A DNA stretch of 64,000 bases from Acidimicrobiales bacterium. Lineage in GTDB: Bacteria; Actinomycetota; Acidimicrobiia; Acidimicrobiales; JAKAVM01. A program made the position numbers and the translations under genes. The DNA is taken from assembly GCA_027452005.1 (NCBI GenBank), contig DAIDHF010000002.1:661-64660 (forward strand). Direction: 5' to 3'. The stretch's first letter is position 1. Every line of letters begins with the position of its first letter. Below are positions 57,311 through 64,000 of this stretch, piece by piece. The notes below the pieces were generated by a model. It worked only from the letters and a program-made list of their open reading frames with translations, did not search any database and was not told the DNA's origin.

Positions 57311-57958
57311 ATGAGGGCACTAAATAAATCGGTATTGATTCTATGTATGCTTTGTCCTGTATTAATCGTGTCTTCTTGCTCGACATCTACTTCAAGTACA
57401 AGTGAGCCAAGCCGAACGATTTATCTTGCTGCTGGCCAAATCCCGGCTTCTGAGCTTCCCCACATAGGGCGGAGTGGATCAGGGGGGGCTGGTGGTACCA
57501 CAACAATTCCACTTGCCCAACAAAATCCGCTAACTGAACTGTTTCAAGATATGAGTGAGTTCCAGGCCTGTCTTCAAACCTTGGGAGTGAAATTCATCGG
57601 GGTTCCCGACCAGAACAATCCCAACTCTCCGACAAACAGCCCGACTTATCTAAAAGCCCTTCAGACGTGTGCGGCGCAGAGTAATATCGTGCAAGCCCTA
57701 AAAGACGTGAGTAACACCGACAACAACATGACGCCCTCTCAGATACGAAAAGAGAATAAAATGTACATCGCCTGGAGGAAGTGCATGATAGGAAAGGGCT
57801 GGCAAATTCCCACACCGACTCCAAATTCAAAGGGCGAGCTGTTTGCCCTTGGATCAGAGACGAGCGGTGTTACAAATATGACACCTCCTCCGGGACAGTC
57901 CATCTTGTCAAGCGGCGACATGCAGGCATGTGCCCAGCAAACAAGTACCGGTAACTAA
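57311..57958 (+). CDS. Cys-containing lipoprotein of unknown function, first gene of the MacB-type cluster
   Basis: The ATG start at 57311 gives MRALNKSVLILCMLCPVLIVSSCSTSTSS, a signal peptide plus lipobox; the ORF-track start at 57212 is an extension. Four further Cys are regularly spaced (FQACLQ, LQTCAAQ, WRKCMIGKGW, MQACAQQ). Confidence 0.6.
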   Translation: MRALNKSVLILCMLCPVLIVSSCSTSTSSTSEPSRTIYLAAGQIPASELPHIGRSGSGGAGGTTTIPLAQQNPLTELFQDMSEFQACLQTLGVKFIGVPDQNNPNSPTNSPTYLKALQTCAAQSNIVQALKDVSNTDNNMTPSQIRKENKMYIAWRKCMIGKGWQIPTPTPNSKGELFALGSETSGVTNMTPPPGQSILSSGDMQACAQQTSTGN

Positions 57959-57990
57959 GGCTACTTAGGTAATATCAAAAGGAACTACTC

Positions 57991-60990
57991 TTGCTTTCAA
58001 AGATTCTAAAGAATAAAAAGGCCCTCATAGCGGGCGTGGTGGTTGTGGCCGTGATTGGTGCCATCGTTTACTCGATTTCCGGTTCCAAGTCGAACTCGAT
58101 TAACGGACAGACCGTCATCTATTCACAGGTGGCTCGACGCACTCTACAGGGAACCACGGTTCTCTCAGGCACCCTGGGGCACAAGACAATTACGACCGTT
58201 TCGGCCATGAATTCCGCTTTTGTGAGTTCTACCGATGCCACGGCCAACTCTGTCCAAAACCAGGGGGACACCCTATTTTCTCTGAATGGCCGCAAGGCAA
58301 TTGCCGAAAACGGGACTCTTCCGTTCTTTCGGTCTTTAGGGCCTGGTGACGTGGGAAACGATGTACTTGAGCTCAAACAGATCTTGGCTTCATCGGGAGA
58401 CAACCCCGGTGCCATGAACAACATCTTCACTCAGCAAACCCAAAGTGCCCTAGCACAGTGGCAAGCCCAAAATGGATATCCCAGCGGAGTGCCAGCCTCA
58501 AAAGAGGCTGTCACAGTGGCCCTGCAACAAGGGACCGGCTATAACCTAGGGGCCCAGTCTAGTGCCGGGCTTGTAATCGGGCCCCCTGCCCCAACGGCCC
58601 AACTTTCCTCGTACTCTGTTTCTCACTTTATCCCGGCCCGTTCTCGCCATCTAATTGGGAAGAGATACCGCTTTAGTGGCAAGAAACTGGGTCATCACCA
58701 CAATCGATCCAAAGCTACCCGCCGACACAAAAAGCGAGACCGACACCTAAACAAGTCAGGACTCAAAAGGAACGGTTCTCGCCAGGCAGTTTTGGCATCG
58801 TTTTCCACCGAGAGTCATCTTTCGGGTCCAGTCCCGCACACCACGACTCTGGGCCTCACCATTACAGGGACCACGTCAACGACTCCAGGTACCTCGGTCA
58901 CCTTTACTGTAAACGCGAACGAGGCCGCTCCCCAAAACACGTACGTCTACCTCACGGTTGGGGGCAGCGCTCTCGCCGGGGTGGACTACGTCCCATTCAA
59001 CACGACCCTGGAACTCGACTCAGGTGCCATCTCTACCAGCTTTACCGTCACCACGCTACCAAATCAGACTATCGAGCCGAATAAGTTCTTGGACATCGTC
59101 TTGTCTCAGTCACCTAGTGGGGACTACTACGTTTCGGAGCCTTCGGCCGCTGCACTAACTATCGATGAGCCGACCGGGACTCTTGGGCTACCCACACTTA
59201 CCCTTACGTCATCGACCACATATCTAGATAAAGGGGCTCCGTTCGAGGTCGTGATCGGCCTAGATCAAGCCTACGGACAGTCGGTAACCGTTCAACTCGC
59301 CTATAGTGGGACTGCGGTTGCGGGAACCGACTACGTGGAACCCTCAGGAAACATTGTCGTTCCGGCCGGGTACACGTCATTGACAGTGCCAATCGCAACC
59401 GTGTCGAATAATCTTGTTGAACCAGATAAGACGTTGACCGTAACTCTCGCGACCAACTCGGCGTACGACATTGGAAATCCTGACAGTGCAACCGTGACAA
59501 TTCACGACCCCAACGTTCCTCAGCTCAACATTATTGGCGGGTCACAGATTACCGCTGGGACCTCAACCACTCTAACCATTCAAGCAAACCAGACGGCCAG
59601 TCAGGATACCCAGGTGCTCCTGTCATTCTCTGGGACCGCTCAGGCCGGTATTGATTACGATGTCCCTGACCCCGTAGTGACTATTCCAGCAGGCCAGCAG
59701 AGCGTGTCGTTCTCACTTACCACCCTCGTCAACCCGATTATAGAGCCCCAGCGCTATATAGTTGTCTCAATCGCACAGTCGCCAGCGGGAGCTTATACAG
59801 TCCAGACCCCGGGATCTACGGTGGTAACTTTGGGTACTCCTCAGTCAGCTCCCCCTTTTGTCACGATTAGTTCCGGGATCAACTACCTCCACAAAGGAAC
59901 CCCTTTCCAGGTCTCAGTCGGGCTTACTCAGGCCACTGATACCACCTTGACCATCAACTTGTCCTTTAGTGGCACGGCCAAGGCGGGAGTAGACTACACG
60001 CCACCGGCCGGACTAATTCAGATTCCAGCAGGCCAAACAGTTGCCCAGGTTACAATCCCAACCCTGGTGGACAACCTGGTTGAAGCCGACACGACACTCA
60101 CAGTGTCCATTGCTCCGAGTACGTCCTACCAGATTGGAAACCCGAACTCGGTTACTACAACGATCACCTCAAACGTGGTCCCGACAATCACGATAAGTTC
60201 CAGTACGTCGTCGTTGTCTGAGGGAGCAGACGCGACCTTTACAATTACAGCTAACCAGGCCCCGGTCAAAGATACCTCGATCAATTTTTCCGTGGCTGGC
60301 ACAGTTCAGGCGGGAGTTGACTACGTCCCTTTGGCTGGCACGGTTATCCTTCCAGCGGGCCAGACCCAAGTCACCGTGTCATTTCAATCCATTGAAAAGG
60401 ACATCGTTTTTGAGCCTACCGACATGATAGTAGGATCGTGGCCGATAAGAATTGGGCAGGTCTACGTGAAACAAGGCCAGACTATCTCGGCGGGCAGCCC
60501 AATTATGGACCTCACCGAGAGCCAGAACACAATAACCCTTCAAGCCTCACCGTCTGACTTTACCAAGTTGGCCCTGGGACAGAGCTGTACGTTTACAATT
60601 GCCGGGAGCCAGACTGAATATAACGGGACCATATCAGAGCTTGATTCAAACCCAACTATCCAGTCTGGATCTGGGTCCTCAAGCTCACAGCAGATATTTG
60701 AAGGTCGGATTGCGGTTACGAATCTTCCAAAGAGTGACCGGAATGCCGATGGGGCCTCGGTGTCTATTACCGTGGTAACCCAGGAGGCAGACAACGTGCT
60801 GGCAGTCCCGATCGCCGCTATCAAACAGAACGGGACCGGGGTTGACGAGGTTAGGGTTATCGACATGTCGGCCAAGCAAAAGGTCAAGACGGTCCCGGTA
60901 ACAACGGGTCTCACGGAAGGTTCCTATGTTCAAATAACCGGGGGACTAAAACTTGGGGAAACCGTTATAGTATCGGTAAGTCAAGGATAA
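57991..60990 (+). CDS. Giant membrane-fusion (HlyD-type) adaptor: TM, PG-binding-like segment, basic linker, 5 Calx-beta-like modules, HlyD beta-barrel
   Basis: 999-aa ORF.
- TM helix: ALIAGVVVVAVIGAIVYSI
- PG_binding-like segment: VLELKQILASSGDNPGAMNNIFTQQTQSALAQWQAQNGYPSG
- five modules of about 105 aa with G(T/S)A.AG.DY..P.G....PAG ... EP/EA
- C-terminal region: VYVKQGQTISAGSPIMDL...LAVPIAAIKQNG...YVQITGGLKLGETVIV. Confidence 0.8.
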   Translation: MLSKILKNKKALIAGVVVVAVIGAIVYSISGSKSNSINGQTVIYSQVARRTLQGTTVLSGTLGHKTITTVSAMNSAFVSSTDATANSVQNQGDTLFSLNGRKAIAENGTLPFFRSLGPGDVGNDVLELKQILASSGDNPGAMNNIFTQQTQSALAQWQAQNGYPSGVPASKEAVTVALQQGTGYNLGAQSSAGLVIGPPAPTAQLSSYSVSHFIPARSRHLIGKRYRFSGKKLGHHHNRSKATRRHKKRDRHLNKSGLKRNGSRQAVLASFSTESHLSGPVPHTTTLGLTITGTTSTTPGTSVTFTVNANEAAPQNTYVYLTVGGSALAGVDYVPFNTTLELDSGAISTSFTVTTLPNQTIEPNKFLDIVLSQSPSGDYYVSEPSAAALTIDEPTGTLGLPTLTLTSSTTYLDKGAPFEVVIGLDQAYGQSVTVQLAYSGTAVAGTDYVEPSGNIVVPAGYTSLTVPIATVSNNLVEPDKTLTVTLATNSAYDIGNPDSATVTIHDPNVPQLNIIGGSQITAGTSTTLTIQANQTASQDTQVLLSFSGTAQAGIDYDVPDPVVTIPAGQQSVSFSLTTLVNPIIEPQRYIVVSIAQSPAGAYTVQTPGSTVVTLGTPQSAPPFVTISSGINYLHKGTPFQVSVGLTQATDTTLTINLSFSGTAKAGVDYTPPAGLIQIPAGQTVAQVTIPTLVDNLVEADTTLTVSIAPSTSYQIGNPNSVTTTITSNVVPTITISSSTSSLSEGADATFTITANQAPVKDTSINFSVAGTVQAGVDYVPLAGTVILPAGQTQVTVSFQSIEKDIVFEPTDMIVGSWPIRIGQVYVKQGQTISAGSPIMDLTESQNTITLQASPSDFTKLALGQSCTFTIAGSQTEYNGTISELDSNPTIQSGSGSSSSQQIFEGRIAVTNLPKSDRNADGASVSITVVTQEADNVLAVPIAAIKQNGTGVDEVRVIDMSAKQKVKTVPVTTGLTEGSYVQITGGLKLGETVIVSVSQG
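58849..60420 (+). repeat. Array of five Calx-beta-like coding repeats (A-B-A-B-A subtypes)
   Basis: Core motifs by module:
- R1: GGSALAGVDYVPF
- R2: SGTAVAGTDYVEP
- R3: SGTAQAGIDYDVP
- R4: SGTAKAGVDYTPP
- R5: AGTVQAGVDYVPL
The repeats are divergent at the DNA level, so this is an old duplication and not a slippage-prone array. Confidence 0.75.
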
Positions 60991-61727
60991 TGACCTTACC
61001 AGAAACCTCTGTGCTCGATGAACCACGAGATCCCTTTGGAGGTGAGGCACTTCTTGAGTTGGAGAGCGTTTCAAGGATCTATGGGGAGGAGGTTGAAGTA
61101 TACGCCCTCCGAGATGTATCACTAAAGATATCTGCTGGCGATTTTATTTCAATTATTGGTCCGTCAGGCTCTGGCAAGTCAACCATGCTCGGACTGCTTG
61201 GAATCTTAGACCTGCCATCAAAAGGGACGATTAGGGTAAGTGGAATTGACGTGTCAACGCTAAACGATATTGACCGATCACGACTTAGAGGCGACTCCAT
61301 TGGGTTCGTGTTTCAACAGTTCCACCTAGTTCCTCACCTAACCGCAGCACAAAACGTAGAAACGGCCTTGCTATTTAGGAGTATAAGTCCCAAAGAGCGC
61401 CAAGTTAGGTCCCATGAGGCACTAGATCAACTTGGGCTCTACAAGAGGCGAGACCACCGCCCGGTTCAGCTTTCAGGGGGAGAACAACAACGAGTGGCCA
61501 TAGCCAGAGCCATTGTCACCAATCCCAAGATGATCTTGGCCGATGAGCCAACCGGGGCTCTCGACTCTGCAAATGCCGCGCACGTGTTGGAGATTTTTGT
61601 AGGGCTCCAGTCGCCAGAGCGGGCCGTGGTCTTGGTAACTCACGACATGGGGGTGGCAAACCAAGCATTCCGAAAGGTTTCCATGAAAGATGGCCAGATC
61701 ATTAAGGACTCCTCGGATCCGGTGTGA
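60990..61727 (+). CDS. MacB/LolD-type ABC ATP-binding protein
   Basis: It has Walker [10 protein letters not shown], the Q-loop FVFQQFHL, signature [14 protein letters not shown] and Walker [12 protein letters not shown]. Its ATG overlaps the adaptor stop (TAATG). Confidence 0.88.
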   Translation: MTLPETSVLDEPRDPFGGEALLELESVSRIYGEEVEVYALRDVSLKISAGDFISIIGPSGSGKSTMLGLLGILDLPSKGTIRVSGIDVSTLNDIDRSRLRGDSIGFVFQQFHLVPHLTAAQNVETALLFRSISPKERQVRSHEALDQLGLYKRRDHRPVQLSGGEQQRVAIARAIVTNPKMILADEPTGALDSANAAHVLEIFVGLQSPERAVVLVTHDMGVANQAFRKVSMKDGQIIKDSSDPV

Positions 61728-61787
61728 TGGACGTGATGCGAGAACATGTTCTGGGAAATGGACTTCACGTGGTTCCCGTAAGGCTAC

Positions 61788-62972
61788 ATGAACAACTTTC
61801 GTGACCTGCTGCGGGTTGCCTGGTCGGGCCTTACCGCGAGGAAGGTCAGGACCATGCTTATCATGCTCGGACCCATAATCGGGGTTGCTGCCATGGTTGG
61901 TGCCGTGGGCCTTACCGAAAGCGCCAAGGGAGGACTGCAGCAACAGCTGGCCAAGCTGGGCACCAACCTGATCATCGCCCAGGCAGGTGGAACTTTTGGC
62001 TCTCAAAACCCGACCTTCCCCGAGAACGTGGTGTCTAGGGTCAAGGCAATCTCAACAGTGGAATCAGTTGCGGCAACCACGAACATCTCTGGCGTGATCA
62101 CCCTCCCAGAGGCCGCTGGAAGTACCTACTACCAGGCCTTCCCAGTTCCAGTCAGGGCTGCCGGGATCAACCTTCCCAAGGTCTTGAAGGTTCCCATGAT
62201 CTCAGGGCGTTGGCTAAATGAGGCAGACCTCAACTTGCACGCCCAGAGTGTCGTACTTGGACAAGGGGTCGCCCAGCAGTACGGGTACGTGCCAGGGGAA
62301 GACCGAACGATCCAGCTAAACGGGATAAACTTTGGAGTGGTCGGCGAGCTATCGAACGTGGCCTTAGATCCGACCTTGAACGATGCCGTGTTTATCACCC
62401 AGTGGGCCGCCGAATACGTGCTGGGAACCAACGGCCTGCCAAATGAACTATACGTAAGATCAATCCCTGGCGACACGGCCGCTACCAACAAGGCTATCCC
62501 TTTAGCGGTAAGCCTGGGCGGTCCGGACCAGGTAACCACTCAGGTACCATCAGATGTCCTCCAAGCCGCAGCCCAGGCAAACAAGACTCTCCAACAGGTA
62601 GCCCTGTTTGCTGGACTTCTTGCCCTGTCAGTTGGAGGCCTGGGCATTGCCAACGTGATGTCCATATCGGTAATCCAGCGCTCCTCTGAGATTGGAATTC
62701 GTCGAGCCCTGGGTCACGGGCGCTCTAAGATAGCCGCCCAGTTCATGCTGGAGTCTCTGTTCGTTGGACTACTTGGCGCCATGGTCGGGGCCGTGTTTGG
62801 AGTTGGCGTGGTCTATCTCGCCTCCCACTTTGAACACTGGGTCGTGGTAATTGCTTACGGAAAGTTCCCGATTTGGATGGGTCTGGCAATTTCGGTTTCA
62901 ATCATGGCCGGACTCTATCCATCCATCAAGGCCGCACGGCTTGAGCCCTTGGAAACTCTGAGACTAGGTTAA
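61788..62972 (+). CDS. MacB-type ABC permease (MacB periplasmic core domain plus FtsX 4-TM)
   Basis: 394-aa ORF with an N-terminal TM (RTMLIMLGPIIGVAAMVG) and an extracytoplasmic domain of about 220 aa. The C-terminal FtsX helices carry SEIGIRRALGHGRSKI. Confidence 0.85.
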   Translation: MNNFRDLLRVAWSGLTARKVRTMLIMLGPIIGVAAMVGAVGLTESAKGGLQQQLAKLGTNLIIAQAGGTFGSQNPTFPENVVSRVKAISTVESVAATTNISGVITLPEAAGSTYYQAFPVPVRAAGINLPKVLKVPMISGRWLNEADLNLHAQSVVLGQGVAQQYGYVPGEDRTIQLNGINFGVVGELSNVALDPTLNDAVFITQWAAEYVLGTNGLPNELYVRSIPGDTAATNKAIPLAVSLGGPDQVTTQVPSDVLQAAAQANKTLQQVALFAGLLALSVGGLGIANVMSISVIQRSSEIGIRRALGHGRSKIAAQFMLESLFVGLLGAMVGAVFGVGVVYLASHFEHWVVVIAYGKFPIWMGLAISVSIMAGLYPSIKAARLEPLETLRLG

Positions 62973-62992
62973 TCATCAGAAACTACGGGTTT

Positions 62993-63033
62993 ATGACGAC
63001 CCGTGCTGGCTCAAGCCACCAGTCCCCTTGGGT
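62993..63033. repeat. Dispersed repeat, diverged copy D (in the mgtE leader)
   Basis: ATGACGACCCGTGCTGGCTCAAGCCACCAGTCCCCTTGGG is roughly three quarters identical to copy A over about 44 nt, including an exact CCAGTCCCCT. Confidence 0.55.
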
Positions 63034-63209
63034 TGCACTCATGAATCCAGAGTTACCAGAAGTCCTGTATATTGAGATCGCTTGCAAGTAACCAGAAGGA
63101 GAGATCTTGCCTCAAGTGATTATTTGAGATAGGGTTGCGAAATTGAGTGCTGGGCCGGTAGTGCATTTAGTATTCACCGATTCGTAAACTTTTTGAAAGC
63201 TTAGTTCAT

Positions 63210-64000
63210 ATGGCTGTAGAAACTCTCAATCTGACGGGCGTGATCAGGTGTCCTTTAGTTGACCACGCGGGCGATAAAATCGGACGTGTACAAGATATAA
63301 TCGTACGCCTTGGCGAACGGACCCACCCTCCGGTAGTCGGCGCGGTTGTCAAAATTGGTGGTCGCGACCTTTTTGTCCCAATTTCTAAGATCACCAATAT
63401 GGTGAGTGGACGGGTTATCTTCGATGGAACCCGGGTTGATCTGAGATTGTTTGAACGCAGACCAGGAGAGTTACTTCTTGCTAAAGATCTGCTTGCGCGC
63501 CACATTATAAACGTAGTCGGCGGACGTATCATGAGGGCCAATGAAATCGGGCTTGCCCAGGTTAATGGAATTTGGGAAGTTGTAGGAGTAGAACCCTCAT
63601 CCAGATCTGCGTTTCGCCGTTTGCTCCCATCTAGTTTACGTAGGCGAATCAAGCCCGGAGCTTTTGTCGATTGGGCTTCAATCGAGCCTTTTGTTTCACA
63701 TGTCCCAACGTCACGACTTCTAATTCCCTATCGTAAACTGGCGCACTTGCATCCTGCCCAAGTAGCAGACATCGTTGAAGCGGCTACCCACGATGAGGGA
63801 GAAGAAATCATCGAAGCGGTCAAAGTCGACAGCGAATTTGAGGCAGATGTATTTGAAGAGCTAAATACTGAGCATCAACTCGAGTTTGTAAAGAGTCGTT
63901 CTGATGCTGATGCGGCACGATTGCTTGGTCGGATGGCACCCGATGATGCCGCCGACTTACTAATGGAGCTAGATCAAGAACGTAGAATGCCGGTACTGGA
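63210..64000 (+). CDS. mgtE: Magnesium transporter MgtE with N-terminal PRC-barrel-like extension; runs off the right edge
   Basis: Absent from the ORF track because no stop falls inside the window. My translation from ATG 63210 has no stop through 64000. It reads MAVETLNLTGVIRCPLVDHAGDKIGRVQDIIVRLGE... (PRC-barrel-like), then HPAQVADIVEAATHDEGEEIIEAV...RLLGRMAPDDAADLLMELDQERR (MgtE N-domain). Confidence 0.8.
   Translation, partial: MAVETLNLTGVIRCPLVDHAGDKIGRVQDIIVRLGERTHPPVVGAVVKIGGRDLFVPISKITNMVSGRVIFDGTRVDLRLFERRPGELLLAKDLLARHIINVVGGRIMRANEIGLAQVNGIWEVVGVEPSSRSAFRRLLPSSLRRRIKPGAFVDWASIEPFVSHVPTSRLLIPYRKLAHLHPAQVADIVEAATHDEGEEIIEAVKVDSEFEADVFEELNTEHQLEFVKSRSDADAARLLGRMAPDDAADLLMELDQERRMPVL

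Noticed and set aside
62973-63209. M-box (ykoK) Mg2+ riboswitch upstream of mgtE
   Set aside because: The conserved M-box blocks were not found by eye. Only generic hairpins are present.
63206-63652. 148-aa minus-strand ORF
   Set aside because: It lies antisense to the open mgtE reading frame, which has clear MgtE N-domain motifs. The mgtE frame is missing from the track only because it has no stop inside the window.
1-64000. CRISPR arrays, rRNA genes, intact prophage, integron attC sites
   Set aside because: No regularly spaced short direct repeats, no rRNA-like conserved blocks, and no integrase or phage structural genes were seen. The direct repeats flanking the Kelch cassette do not have attC-like R/L box symmetry, and the cassette holds two opposed genes.

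Overview
This 64-kb window appears to come from an Actinomycetota chromosome. The supporting markers are a WhiB regulator, a PimB'-like GT4 glycosyltransferase, an LLM-type oxidoreductase and a class-A RNase P RNA. GC looks moderate by eye and was not computed. No database searches were run, so all product calls rest on motifs I read in the ORF-track translations or translated myself.

The left ~28 kb is mostly housekeeping:
- ROK kinase, queG, trpD and an acyl-CoA dehydrogenase
- whiB and a rubrerythrin / Fe-S (CCG) / DUF3501 triad
- glpD, an FAD-linked oxidase and a glpK-like kinase
- cysC, malic enzyme and rnpB

This stretch is interrupted at about 5.3-9.9 kb by a visibly AT-richer decay island. 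The island holds a Kelch-repeat protein, a membrane protein, an ABC ATPase fragment, a gutted IS element whose ends are still recognisable, and an orphan AAA+ ATPase.

The right part is envelope, transport and accessory genes:
- a GT-C-like glycosyltransferase, an acyltransferase-3/SGNH protein and PBP1A
- a secreted double-repeat protein with near-identical tandem DNA repeats and an orphan gene relic
- a Kdp potassium system with a split KdpD
- a DrrAB-like ABC exporter, tRNA-Ala followed by a dead alcohol dehydrogenase, and a DyP peroxidase
- an MFS-ArsR-SDR/DCC operon
- mgtE, partial at the right edge

The best candidate for something undescribed is a MacB-type exporter at 57.3-63.0 kb. Its 999-aa adaptor carries five Calx-beta-like modules inserted between a peptidoglycan-binding segment and the HlyD barrel.

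Other notable items are the seven-cistron translationally coupled kdp operon, which contains an OB-fold ORF and an N-terminal-only KdpD, and an unclassified ~45-nt dispersed repeat present in four copies.

No CRISPR array, rRNA or intact prophage was seen.
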